NCBI GenBank assembly: GCA_963784535.1
Contig: CAWARR010000006.1
Location: 1-64,000, forward strand
Origin: an uncultured Actinomycetota bacterium
GTDB taxonomy: Bacteria > Actinomycetota > Actinomycetes > Actinomycetales > Kineosporiaceae
Direction of reading: 5' to 3'
Length of the DNA stretch: 64,000 nt
Shown here: in pieces, positions 42,320 to 52,131 of the stretch
How the letters are laid out: the number at the start of each line of letters is the position of its first letter
Position numbering within the stretch: the stretch's first letter is position 1
Notes under the pieces: model-generated
What the model was told of the DNA's origin: nothing
Database searches by the model: none
The model's input: the letters and a program-made list of their open reading frames with translations, nothing else
Program-made: the position numbers and the translations under genes

Positions 42320-43918
42320 ATGGCCGAACGACGGTGGCGCGCGCGCCCGGGGTGGGCCTTCGCCATCGGCGCGGCCGCTGTCACCGGGCCGGTGCTGGTG
42401 GGCATCCTCGCCGGCGCGGTGGCGCGCGAGTCGCCGGTCCTCGCGGGAGCCTCGCCGACCGCCCGGGTCCTCGCCGGCTGCGTGTCCGCGGTGGTCGCGG
42501 GGGGTGCGGCCGGGCTCCTGCTGCGACGACTGATGCCACTGGCCGCGCTGCTGCGGGTGACGCTGGTGTTCCCCGACCGGGCACCGTCGCGGTTCAAGGT
42601 GGCCCGCCTGTCAGGATCCTCCCGCGCGCTGACCCGGGAGGTCGCGGCCCGGCCGGAGGGGTTCCGCGACGCCGAGCACGCCCTCGCCCTGGTGGCGGCC
42701 CTGCAGGCGCACGACCGGCACACCCGGGGGCACAGCGAGCGGGTGCTGGTGCTCACCGGGATGCTGGCCGAGCAGCTCCGGCTCGACCCGGACGACCGCG
42801 ACCGGCTGCGCTGGGGGGCGCTGCTGCACGACATCGGCAAGCTGTGGGTCAGGGCGGAGATCCTCAACAAGCCGGCGGAGCTCGACGCGGGGGAGTGGAC
42901 CGCGATGCGCCGGCACCCCGAGCTCGGAGCGCAGGTGTGCGCACCGTTGCTGGGGTGGCTGGGGCCCTGGGGCAGGGCCGTGGCCGAGCACCACGAGAAG
43001 TACGACGGCAGCGGATACCCGCGCGGGCTGTCCGGGACGCAGATCTCGCTGGCGGGGCGCATCGTCGCGGTCGTGGACGCCTTCGAGGTGATGACCGCGT
43101 CGCGGTCCTACAAGAAGCCGATGGCCACCCGGCTGGCCCGCGAGGAACTCGCCCGCTGCGCGGGGTCCCACTTCGACCCGGCGATCGTGCGGGCCTTCCT
43201 GTCGATCTCGGTGCCCCGGCTGCTGTGGAACCTCGGGCCGCTGTCGTTCCTCGTCCACCTGCCCTTCCTCGGGCAGTTGCAGCAGGCGGGAGCCCAGCTG
43301 GCGGGAGTGCCTGCCACGCTCGCCCCCGGGGTGGCCGCGGGGGTGACCGGGGCGGCGCTGGTGGTGGGCCTGCCCGCGACGAGCACGCCGCACCTGTCCC
43401 CGGCCAGCGGCCGTCCCGCCTCGGTGACGTCGACCCGGCTGCCGGGCAGCGCCGGCGCAACGGCCGGGCGGCCAGCCGGCGGCGGAAGGGCCCCGGCGGT
43501 CTCCCCGACCGGCACCCGTGCCCCGGGCACCGCCCCGACGGGCCAGCCGGCGCCCGGTGCCGCCACGCCCGACGCCGGCCCCACCCCGACCACCGTGGCC
43601 GGGACGCCTGCCAAGCCGGCGAAGGCGGTCAAGCCGGCGAAGGCGGTCAAGCCGGCGAAGGCGGTCAAGCCGGCGAAGGCGGTCAAGCCGGCGAAGGCGG
43701 TCAAGCCGGCGAAGGCGGTCAAGCCCGCGAAGGCGGTCAAGCCGGCGAAGGCGGTCAAGCCGGCGAAGGCGGTCAAGCCGGCGAAGGCGGTCAAGCCCGC
43801 GAAGGCGGTCAAGCCCGCGAAGGCGGTCAAGCCCGCGAAGGCGGTCAAGCCCGCTGCCGTGGTGAACGTCGCCGGCAAGGGCCCGCGGACCCCGGGGGGC
43901 GCCGGCACCCGCGTCTGA
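42320..43918 (+). CDS. Membrane-anchored HD-GYP domain phosphodiesterase with C-terminal Pro/Ala/Lys repeat tail
   Basis: HD-GYP motifs HTRGHSERV, LLHDIGK, HHEKYDGSGYP; N-terminal hydrophobic segments; C-terminus TPAKPAKAVKPAKAVK... (about 14 KPAKAV units). Confidence 0.85.
   Translation: MAERRWRARPGWAFAIGAAAVTGPVLVGILAGAVARESPVLAGASPTARVLAGCVSAVVAGGAAGLLLRRLMPLAALLRVTLVFPDRAPSRFKVARLSGSSRALTREVAARPEGFRDAEHALALVAALQAHDRHTRGHSERVLVLTGMLAEQLRLDPDDRDRLRWGALLHDIGKLWVRAEILNKPAELDAGEWTAMRRHPELGAQVCAPLLGWLGPWGRAVAEHHEKYDGSGYPRGLSGTQISLAGRIVAVVDAFEVMTASRSYKKPMATRLAREELARCAGSHFDPAIVRAFLSISVPRLLWNLGPLSFLVHLPFLGQLQQAGAQLAGVPATLAPGVAAGVTGAALVVGLPATSTPHLSPASGRPASVTSTRLPGSAGATAGRPAGGGRAPAVSPTGTRAPGTAPTGQPAPGAATPDAGPTPTTVAGTPAKPAKAVKPAKAVKPAKAVKPAKAVKPAKAVKPAKAVKPAKAVKPAKAVKPAKAVKPAKAVKPAKAVKPAKAVKPAKAVKPAAVVNVAGKGPRTPGGAGTRV
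43612..43858. repeat. 18-bp in-frame tandem repeat (AGCCGGCGAAGGCGGTCA / GCCCGCGAAGGCGGTCAA variants, about 14 copies) encoding (KPAKAV)n inside the HD-GYP gene
   Basis: Visible at 43612-43858 with only G/C wobble variation between units. Confidence 0.9.
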
Positions 43919-43932
43919 GCGCGCGGCCCGGT

Positions 43933-44838
43933 TCAGTGGTGCTTCTTCTTGCCTCCCTGGCTCGTCTCGCGCCCGAGCAGCTCCACGGCGTGGTCGGGGA
44001 TCTGGTGGAACAGCTCCCGCGGCGGGCGCTCGTAGTCCTGCGCCGGGGGGCGGGGCTGCAGCGTGATCTGCGGCACGGGGACCTGCTCGTAGGGCAGCAC
44101 CGAAAGCAGGTGGGCGATCATGTTCAGCCGGGCGTGCCGCTTGATCTCCGCCTCGACCACGTACCAGGGCGCCTCGGGGATGTCGGTGTGCACGAACATC
44201 TCGTCCTTCGCCCGGGAGAAATCCGCCCACTTCTCCCGGGTGAGCAGATCGTTGGGGGAGAACTTCCACTGTCGCAACGGGTCCTGCAGGCGTGAGCGGA
44301 AGCGCCGCTCCTGCTCTTCGTCGCTGACGGAGAACCAGTACTTGCGCAACAGGATGCCGTCCTCCACCAGCATCCGCTCGAACACCGGGCACTGGTGCAG
44401 GAAGCGCCGGTACTCATCGGGGGAGCAGTACCCCATCACCCGCTCGACCCCGGCCCGGTTGTACCAGGATCGGTCGAACAGCACGATCTCGCCGGCCGCG
44501 GGCAGGTGCTGGATGTAGCGCTGGAAGTACCACTGGGTGCGCTCGCGCTCCGTCGGCACCGGCAGCGCGACGATCCGGGCGACGCGGGGGTTGAGGAACT
44601 CGGTGACCCGCTTGATCGTGCTGCCCTTGCCCGCCGCGTCGCGGCCTTCGAAGATGATCACCACCCGCTGCCCGGTGGTCTTCACCCACTCCTGGACGGC
44701 CACCAGCTCGCCCTGCAGCCGGCGCAGCTCCTTCTCGTAGGCCGGAGTGGACAAGCGGGATGGTGCGGGACGGGCCGGGACATCGCCGGCCGCTGCCGTG
44801 TCCGTCCGGGGGTGCGTAGTGTCTTGCCTCGGCGTCAT
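43933..44838 (-). CDS. ppk2: Polyphosphate kinase 2 (PPK2 family)
   Basis: VVIIFEGRDAAGKGSTIKRVTEFLNPRVARIVAL (Walker A), ...FDRSWYNRAGVERVMGY..., 301 aa. Confidence 0.9.
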   Translation of the reverse strand: MTPRQDTTHPRTDTAAAGDVPARPAPSRLSTPAYEKELRRLQGELVAVQEWVKTTGQRVVIIFEGRDAAGKGSTIKRVTEFLNPRVARIVALPVPTERERTQWYFQRYIQHLPAAGEIVLFDRSWYNRAGVERVMGYCSPDEYRRFLHQCPVFERMLVEDGILLRKYWFSVSDEEQERRFRSRLQDPLRQWKFSPNDLLTREKWADFSRAKDEMFVHTDIPEAPWYVVEAEIKRHARLNMIAHLLSVLPYEQVPVPQITLQPRPPAQDYERPPRELFHQIPDHAVELLGRETSQGGKKKHH

Positions 44839-45042
44839 GGCTCAACTCCATAGCGTTAGCCCATCTGGTTCAAGGATCGTGGCGTTCGAGTCTGCACCGT
44901 TGGCCGGTCTGGGTGATATGCCCGGCGCGAATCTCGCCTCCGGGGAGGCTGGGGACTAGGGTCGAGGCAGGTCAGGGCACGGACCGGGGAGAGGTGAGCC
45001 CAGAGCAGGGGTGGCTCCGCGAGTCGGTCCGGAAGGGATGAC

Positions 45043-45786
45043 ATGGGATCGCTCGACAGGTTGTTGCGCCGCGTGGCGCCCGGTGGGGGAGCGCAGACGC
45101 GCATGGCGGGAGAGGAGGATCCCGTCGACGCGGACGATGAGTCGAACGGGGAGGAGGCCCGGTTGTGGGCAGTTCTCCGCGAGGATCCGAACGACGCTCT
45201 GGCCTTCGCCAGGCTGGCGGAGCTCGTCCGTCGGCACGCCGGGGAGGGTCATCCGGCGGGCGACCGGCAGCGCGCGGCGGACGACGCCGTCTGGGCTCTC
45301 GCCGAGGAGCTGGCGCACTCCGGGCGTGCCTGGTACCCGCTGATCGAGCTCGCCCGGCTGTCGGTCCACGACGACCGCGAGGCCGCCCTGCGCCGGCTGG
45401 CCACCGCCACCGACCGTGACCCGACCGGGCGCGCGCTGGCCACCGGGCTGCAGATGCTGCGTGATGCGGGCCTGCCGGACGAGGCACTCGGCCTCGGGGT
45501 CGGGCACTGGCGCCCGCGCGAGCACGACGTCGAAGCCGGAAAGCAGCTGGTCGAGGCAGCCGTCGAGGCCGGCCGCAAGGCCGATGCCCGGCGTCACCTC
45601 GACGCGCTGCTGCTGCACCCCGACGTGGGGCGCGTGCAGCAGCTGCGGGTGGAGCTCGAGCGCCGGATCACCGAGGCGGAGCAGCTGCGCAGCGGCGGCA
45701 TCCCCGTGGTGGACATCCGGGAGCACCCGGAGCCGCCGAAGGGCTCCTCGGGGCTCAGCCTGCGCCGGGTGTTCCGCCGGCACTGA
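45043..45786 (+). CDS. Hypothetical protein (247 aa, helical/TPR-like composition)
   Basis: Intact ORF with ATG and AGGGATGAC upstream; no recognisable catalytic motif. Confidence 0.5.
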   Translation: MGSLDRLLRRVAPGGGAQTRMAGEEDPVDADDESNGEEARLWAVLREDPNDALAFARLAELVRRHAGEGHPAGDRQRAADDAVWALAEELAHSGRAWYPLIELARLSVHDDREAALRRLATATDRDPTGRALATGLQMLRDAGLPDEALGLGVGHWRPREHDVEAGKQLVEAAVEAGRKADARRHLDALLLHPDVGRVQQLRVELERRITEAEQLRSGGIPVVDIREHPEPPKGSSGLSLRRVFRRH

Positions 45787-45837
45787 GCCTGCGCCAGCCC
45801 GCTGGGACCGCGGGCCCGGAGGCACCGCGGGCCCGGC

Positions 45838-48640
45838 TCAGGCGTCCCCGCCCGCAGCTCCGGTGGTGCCGGCGCTGACGTCGAGCAGGCGGTAGCGCTG
45901 GATCGCCTGGGCCGGCAGGTCGGCGTCGAGCTGCCCGCGCAGCGCGAGCTGTTGCAGCATCCGGGTGGCGATCGAGGGCCCGTCGACGGTGAAGTAGCGC
46001 CGGGCCGCCGCGCGGGTGTCGGAGAATCCGAACCCGTCCGTCCCCAGCGACGCGAAGTCCTGCGGCACCCACTGCCGGATCTGGTCGGGTACCGCCCGCA
46101 TGTAGTCGCTCACCGCCACCACCGGGCCGCGGGCGCCGGCCAGCCGCCGGGTCACGTACGGCACCGGCGCGCTCTCCCCGGGGCGCAGGAACGCCGCCTC
46201 GTCGCAGCGCAGCCCGTCCCGGCGCAGCTGCGACCAGCTCGTCACGCTCCATACGTCCGCGGCCACGCCCCAGTCCTCGCGCAGCAGCTGCTGGGCCTCC
46301 AGCGCCCACGGCACGGCCACCCCCGAGGCGAGGATCTGCCCGTACTGCAGGCCGGGGGCGGCGGGCATCCCGTGCGGGGCGAGCATGTACATGCCGCGCA
46401 GGATGCCCTCGACGTCGACGTTCTCCGGCTCGGCCGGCTGCGGGAACGGCTCGTTGTAGACCGTCAGGTAGTAGAAGACGTCCTCGGCGGACTCCCCGTA
46501 CATCCGGCGCAGGCCGTCGGCGACGATGTGCCCGATCTCGTAGCCGTAGGCCGGGTCGTAGCTGATCACCGCGGGGTTGGTCGACGCCAGCAGCGGCGAC
46601 TGCCCGTCGTCGTGCTGCAGCCCCTCCCCGGTGAGGGTGGTGCGGCCCGCGGTGGCGCCGACGAGGAACCCGCGGGACATCTGGTCGGCCGCGGCCCACA
46701 GCCCGTCGCCGGTGCGCTGGAAGCCGAACATCGAGTAGAAGATGTAGATCGGCACCATCGTCTCGCCGTGGGTGGCGTACGAGGTGCCGGCCGCGGTGAA
46801 GGCAGCCGTGGCGCCGGCCTCGTTGATCCCCACGTGCAGGATCTGCCCGCTGGTCGACTCCGTGTAGGCGAGCATGAGCTCGCGGTCCACCGAGGTGTAC
46901 GTCTGCCCGTGCGGGTTGTAGATCTTCGCGGTGGGGAAGAAGGAGTCCATCCCGAAGGTGCGGGCCTCGTCCGGGATGATCGGCACCACCCGCGGGCCGA
47001 ACTCCTTGTCCCGCATGAGGTCCTTCAGCAGCCGGACGAAGGCCATCGTGGTGGCGATCGCCTGCTTGCCCGACCCGCGCCGGGCCACCTCGTAGGCGGG
47101 GCTCTCCGGCAGCTTCAGCGGTGCGGCGGCGATCCGGCGCTGCGGGATCGGCCCACCGAGCCGGCGCCGCCGGTCGAGCATGTACCGCAGCGCCTCATCG
47201 GTGTGGGCCGGCTGGTAGTACGGCGGCAGGTACGGGTCGGCCTGCAGTTGCGCGTCGCTGATCGGGATGCGCAGCCGGTCGCGCAGCAGCTTGAGGTCCT
47301 CCAGCGCCAGCTTCTTCATCTGGTGGGTGGCGTTGCGGCCGGCGAAGTGCGGGCCGAGCGCCTAGCCCTTGACCGTCTTGGCCAGCACCACGGTGGGCTG
47401 GCCGGTGTGCTCGGTGGCGGCCTTGTAGGCGGCGTACATCTTGCGGTAGTCGTGCCCACCGCGGCTGCAGGTTCCAGATGTCGTCGTCGGACAGTTCCTC
47501 GACCATCTTCCGCGTGCGTGGGTCACGGCCGAAGAAGTTCTCCCGGATGAACGCGCCGTCCTCGGCCCGGTAGGTCTGGTAGTCGCCGTCGGGGGTGGCG
47601 TTCATGAGGTTCACCAGCGCGCCGTCCCGGTCCGCGGCGAGCAGCGGATCCCACTCCCGGCCCCAGATCACCTTGATGACGTTCCAGCCGGCGCCCCGGA
47701 AGGTCGACTCCAGCTCCTGGATGATCTTGCCGTTCCCGCGCACCGGACCGTCCAGCCGCTGCAGGTTGCAGTTCACCACGAAGGTGAGGTTGTCCAGCTC
47801 CTCGAAGGCGGCCAGTTGCAGCGCGCCGCGGGCCTCCGGCTCGTCCATCTCGCCGTCGCCGAGGAACGCCCAGACCTGCTGGTGGGAGGTGTCCTTGATC
47901 CCACGGGCGTGCAGGTACTTGTTGAACTGGGCCTGGTAGATGGCGTTGAGCGGACCGAGCCCCATCGAGACGGTGGGGAACTCCCAGAAGTCGGGCATCA
48001 GGCGCGGGTGCGGGTAGGACGGCAGCCCACCGCTGGGATGGGACTTCTCCTGCCGGAACCCGTCGAGCTGGTCGGTCGCTCAGCCTGCCCTCGAGGAAGG
48101 CCCGCGCGTACATCCCGGGGGAGGCGTGGCCCTGGAAGAAGACCTGGTCACCGCCGCCCGGGGTGGTCCTTGCCGCGGAAGAAGTGGTTGAACCCGACCT
48201 CGTACAGGGTCGAACTGGAGGCGTAGGAGGAGATGTGCCCGCCGACGGCGATGCCCGGCCGCTGCGCGCGGTGCACCATGATCGCGGCGTTCCAGCGGAT
48301 CCAGGCGCCGGTAGCGCCCGCTCGGCCTCCTCGTCGCCGGGGAACCACGGCTCGGCCTCGGGCGGGATGGTGTTGATGTAGTCGGTGGAGGCGAGGCTGG
48401 GCACCCCGACGCTCCCGCTCCCGGGCCCGCTGCAGCAGGGCCAGCATGAGGTACCGGGCCCGCTGGCGGCCCCGGTCGTCGACCGCCGCGTCGAGGGACG
48501 TCCAGCCATTCGGCGGTCTCCTCGGGGTCGATGTCAGGGAGCTGGCTGGGCAAGCCGTTGAGGATGGGTCCGGCTTCGTCTCGAGCGCCCACGGCGTCGT
48601 CCCTTCGTGTGCTCGTTCTGCACCGCGGCCCCGATCGGAG
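45838..48640 (-). CDS. aceE: Pyruvate dehydrogenase E1 component (AceE, homodimeric type); at least 3 frame interruptions in the N-terminal half; 5' end approximate
   Basis: C-terminal 493 aa intact ([12 protein letters not shown]...); upstream fragments in other frames carry ...[28 protein letters not shown]...[12 protein letters not shown]...[24 protein letters not shown]... and ...[29 protein letters not shown]... and ...[20 protein letters not shown]... Confidence 0.85.
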
Positions 48641-48834
48641 GCCGACGGCCCTGCTGAGTCGTGTGACCTCCATCCTTGCCCGGAACGGCTCGGTCGTCAT
48701 ATCTACCGGTCGGTAGCCGGCCGGGTGTTCCCCGGCCCGGTGCAGCGCGACCTGCCCGGATCAGCGGTTGCGCGCAGGGCCGGTGGTGCAGTGCACTAGC
48801 GTGACGACTCGACGCGGGACCCCCACCCGCGCGG

Positions 48835-49284
48835 ATGGATGGCGAGGAGGAGACCGAGGTGGGCGCGACCGCGGGGTCCGCGGCAGAGCAGTCGATAGCC
48901 GGCCGGCTGGGCCTGCGACCGGGACAAGTCGTCCAGGAGTTCGGGTACGACGACGATGTCGATGACGAGCTGCGTCGCTCCGTAGAGGAGCTGACGGGCA
49001 ACGAGATCGTCGACGATGAGGTCCAGGAGGTCGTCGATCTGGCGATCTACTGGTGGCGCGACGGGGACGGCGATCTCGTCGACGCCTTGATGGATGCCTT
49101 GACCAACCTCGCCGACGGCGGGGTGATCTGGCTGCTCTCGCCCAAGTCGGGGCGGGACGGGCATGTCGAACCCTCGGAGATCGAGGACGCCGCGCCGACG
49201 GCGGGGTTGCACGCGACCTCGACGATCAGCGCGACCAAGGACTGGAGCGGGACCAGGCTGGCGGCCCCGCGTACCCGCCGCTAG
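48835..49284 (+). CDS. DUF3052-family protein (Rv2239c-like)
   Basis: ...AGRLGLRPGQVVQEFGYDDDVDDELRRSVEELTGNEIVDDEVQEVVDLAIYWWRDGDGDLVDALMDALTNLADGGVIWLLSPKSGRDGHVEPSEIEDAAPTAGLHATSTISATKDWSGTRL. Confidence 0.7.
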   Translation: MDGEEETEVGATAGSAAEQSIAGRLGLRPGQVVQEFGYDDDVDDELRRSVEELTGNEIVDDEVQEVVDLAIYWWRDGDGDLVDALMDALTNLADGGVIWLLSPKSGRDGHVEPSEIEDAAPTAGLHATSTISATKDWSGTRLAAPRTRR

Positions 49285-49376
49285 CGGGGGGTAGGCGGTA
49301 CCTGCAGCCGGTGCCGCCGCGCCGGGGTTGCGGCGGCCTGCGGCCGACGGCGGGCCTGCCGGGAACGACCGGCAGG

Positions 49377-50321
49377 TCAGCCGCGCCGCCGCAGGGCGCC
49401 GCCGAGGCGGCTGAGCATCCTGCCCGTCTGCGCGAGCGCCTGCGCTGCCGCGTGCAGTGCCGAGCCCCCGGGCAGCCCGGGAACCGCGTCGAGGGCAGAG
49501 GTCAGCCGCAACAGCCCGCCCAGGTCGTACAGCCGCAGGCTTCGGGTCGCCACCAGCTGTGCGCCGAGGCGGCGGCCGGCCGCCGCGTCGAGGACGTCGT
49601 GCGCCCGCCCCTCGACCGCCGGCCAGCCGAGGTCGCGGGCCAGTGTGCCGGGGGGCAAGGCCATGGTGGACCAGGCGCCGCCGGCCGCACCGGTGACCCA
49701 GCAGCCGATCGGCGTGACCACGGCGACGGTGGCCCGCAGCCCGCGCCGGGCAGCGAGCGCCCCGGCGAGGTCGACCAGGGCGGCCACCCCGGCGTCGAGC
49801 AGTCCCGGCGGGACGTCGTCGGGGGAGGTGATGTCGAGCGCGTGCACCGCCAGCTCGAAGGCGCTCCCGAGCACCACGGCACCGACCGGGAGCGGGCCCA
49901 CCCCCGAGTCCGTCCAGGCCCGCCCGATGCTGCGCGCGTCCGGGGCGGCGAAGAATTCCAGCGCCCGGTCGCGCGCGGCCTCGAGCGCGGCGACGATCTC
50001 CGCCGCCGAGGCATCGTGGTGGGCCGCGACGACGTGGGCGTTGCGGGCGTCGACGTCGTCCACCTCGTGCACGCGGTCGTGCCGGGCGTCGTCGAAGAGG
50101 GTGGCGAAGGTGCGGTGCTCCTCCCAGGACCCGAGGTGGACCAGCACGTCCCGCACGGTCCAGCCGTCCAGCCGGGAGGGCGCATCGAGCGGCAACCGGG
50201 CGGCCAGCTGCGCGCCGGCGGTCCAGGCGACCGACACCAGTTCGGCGACCTGGGCGGGGTCGCCGCCCGCGAGGCCGCGTTCGTCCGCTTCGGGGGCCAG
50301 CGGCGGCCGGGTGCCGGACAC
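49377..50321 (-). CDS. Mycothiol-dependent maleylpyruvate isomerase N-terminal domain (DinB_2/MDMPI-fold) family protein
   Basis: ...WTVRDVLVHLGSWEEHR... motif of TIGR03083-type proteins; 314 aa. Confidence 0.6.
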   Translation of the reverse strand: MSGTRPPLAPEADERGLAGGDPAQVAELVSVAWTAGAQLAARLPLDAPSRLDGWTVRDVLVHLGSWEEHRTFATLFDDARHDRVHEVDDVDARNAHVVAAHHDASAAEIVAALEAARDRALEFFAAPDARSIGRAWTDSGVGPLPVGAVVLGSAFELAVHALDITSPDDVPPGLLDAGVAALVDLAGALAARRGLRATVAVVTPIGCWVTGAAGGAWSTMALPPGTLARDLGWPAVEGRAHDVLDAAAGRRLGAQLVATRSLRLYDLGGLLRLTSALDAVPGLPGGSALHAAAQALAQTGRMLSRLGGALRRRG

Positions 50322-50486
50322 CCCTGCATCCTGCCGTGGCCGCCGCCCTCGCCGCGAGGCCGCCCCCCTGTGACGCGCCCGGCGTGTCGGGGCCGCCGGC
50401 CACGCGGGGCGGCTTCGACGTGCGCTGCGTGCCAGGGAGGTGACAGGGTGGCGCTGTCAGCCAGTCCCGGTCCGAGAGGAACCCCC

Positions 50487-50945
50487 ATGAGTGTGGACGT
50501 CGGCCACAGCGCCCCTGACTTCGAGCTGAAGGATCAGCACGGGCAGGTGGTGCGGCTGTCCGACTTCCGCGGGAGCTCCCACGTCGCCCTGGTCTTCTTC
50601 CCGTTCGCGTTCTCGGGCATCTGCACCGGGGAGTTGTGCGAGATCCGGGACAACCTCGAGGCGTTCACCTCCGGCGGGGTGCAGGTCGTCGCGGTCTCCT
50701 GCGACCCGATGTTCACCCAGCGGGCCTGGGCCGAGGAAGAGAAGTACGACTTCCCGCTGCTGTCCGACTTCTGGCCGCACGGGGCGGTGGCCCAGGCGTA
50801 CGGGGTGTTCAACGAGACCTCGGGGCGCGCCGAGCGCGGTACCTTCCTCATCGACAGCACGGGGATCCTCCGCTGGAGCGTCGTCAACCCGGCCGGCGAG
50901 GCACGTCCGCTCGCCGCCTACCGGGAGGCGATCGCGGCCCTGTGA
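50487..50945 (+). CDS. ahpE: Peroxiredoxin, AhpE-like 1-Cys type
   Basis: MSVDVGHSAPDFELKDQHGQVVRLSDFRGSSHVALVFFPFAFSGICTGELCEIRD...; synteny with aceE and DUF3052 as in Mycobacterium Rv2238c-Rv2241. Confidence 0.85.
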   Translation: MSVDVGHSAPDFELKDQHGQVVRLSDFRGSSHVALVFFPFAFSGICTGELCEIRDNLEAFTSGGVQVVAVSCDPMFTQRAWAEEEKYDFPLLSDFWPHGAVAQAYGVFNETSGRAERGTFLIDSTGILRWSVVNPAGEARPLAAYREAIAAL

Positions 50946-50955
50946 GGTCGCCGTC

Positions 50956-51028
50956 GGGCCTGTAGCTCAGCTGGTAGAGCGCCGCGCTTACACCGCGGGT
51001 GTCGTCGGTTCAAGTCCGGCCGGGCCCA
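50956..51028 (+). tRNA. tRNA-Val (anticodon TAC)
   Basis: GGGCCTG-TA-GCTC-AGCTGGTAG-AGC-G-CCGCG-CTTACAC-CGCGG-GTGTC-GTCGG-TTCAAGT-CCGGC-CGGGCCC-A. Confidence 0.9.
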
Positions 51029-51069
51029 CCGAGTCACGCGCCGGCGGGCCGCGGCCGGGACGACCCGGG

Positions 51070-51864
51070 TCAGGGTGCGGGGGTCCGCGGCGGGCGGGCT
51101 TCGGGCACCCGGTCCAGGGCGAGCCCGAAGTGCTCGCGGTAGGCGGCCAGGACCTGGTCATCGGTGCCCAGCCGCCGCTCCTCGCGGGCGCCGTCGCGGG
51201 TGAGAACGAGCGTCCGCCCGCTGATCGAGACCCTGCCCTGCGCGCTCAGGCGCGAGCAGATCACGCTGCGGGTGAAGTGCGACAGCGGTGAGGTCTGCTG
51301 CCACCAGCAGGTCGGGACGAAGTCGGCCAGGGCCCGCTCACGCTGCTCGAACCGGTAGCTGACTCTCCCGTCCAGCACGACGTCCAGGTCGCCGTCCGGC
51401 GCGTCCACCAGCCGGAACCGGCCGGCGGGGTCGGCCTGCTCCTGCCGGCTGCGCAGCAGCAACGGGTACACGCTGTGGGCGCCGAAGCCCACGTCCGACA
51501 GCCACGGGCCACTCCCGTCGCCGAGCCGCACCAGCAGTGCGAGGTGGTCGAACGGGGGGCCGAGCCCGGCGGGGCCGTGCACCCGCGCCGCGACCCGCAC
51601 GACCCGGGCGCCGAGTGCCTCGAGCAGCAGCGCGAACGCCCCGTTGAGCTCGTAGCAGAACCCTCCCCGTCGCCGCGCCACGATCTTGTCCACGAGCTCG
51701 TCCGGGTCGAGCGAGATGGGCTCGGACAGGTGGATGGCGAGATTCTCGAAGGGCACCGCGAGTTGGTGGGCCCGGTGCAGCGTGCCCAGGGCGCTCGCGT
51801 CGAGCTGCCCCGGCCGGGGCACGCCGATCCGCTCGAGGTAGGCCGCCACGGTGGCCTCGTCCAC
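51070..51864 (-). CDS. Arylamine N-acetyltransferase (NAT family)
   Basis: ...RRGGFCYELNGAFALLLEALG... (catalytic Cys in GGFCYE), ...FDHLALLV...; 264 aa. Confidence 0.85.
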   Translation of the reverse strand: MDEATVAAYLERIGVPRPGQLDASALGTLHRAHQLAVPFENLAIHLSEPISLDPDELVDKIVARRRGGFCYELNGAFALLLEALGARVVRVAARVHGPAGLGPPFDHLALLVRLGDGSGPWLSDVGFGAHSVYPLLLRSRQEQADPAGRFRLVDAPDGDLDVVLDGRVSYRFEQRERALADFVPTCWWQQTSPLSHFTRSVICSRLSAQGRVSISGRTLVLTRDGAREERRLGTDDQVLAAYREHFGLALDRVPEARPPRTPAP

Positions 51865-52131
51865 GGTGGCCTCCTCGAAGGTCGGGCTGGGCAGGGCGGG
51901 GACCTCGCCAGTGTGCAGCGCCCGGACGGCTCCGCAAGCCGGCCTCCGGTGGTCGCCGCGGGCCGGACCGCGGCGGCCGGCCGCCCCCCCCGACGAGCCG
52001 TGCCGGACCCCGACGAGCCGTGCCGGGTCACCGGTTCTGCCGAGCGAGGACCCCTCCGGACGGAGGAGAGTGGACCCTGGTGACGCATTGCGTACGCCAA
52101 CTCACGGTCGATCGCCTGCGATGAACAGGGC

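Noticed and set aside
42226-44392. 689-aa plus and 593-aa minus ORFs overlapping the HD-GYP repeat tail and PPK2
   Set aside because: Frame-shifted/antisense readings of the 18-bp repeat (GQAGEGGQAGEGG..., RLDRLRGLDRL...) with no independent coding evidence.
44856-44930. Possible tRNA fragment (GTTCGAGTC-like T-loop sequence) between ppk2 and the downstream hypothetical gene
   Set aside because: No complementary T-stem or acceptor stem could be built around it; likely chance resemblance.
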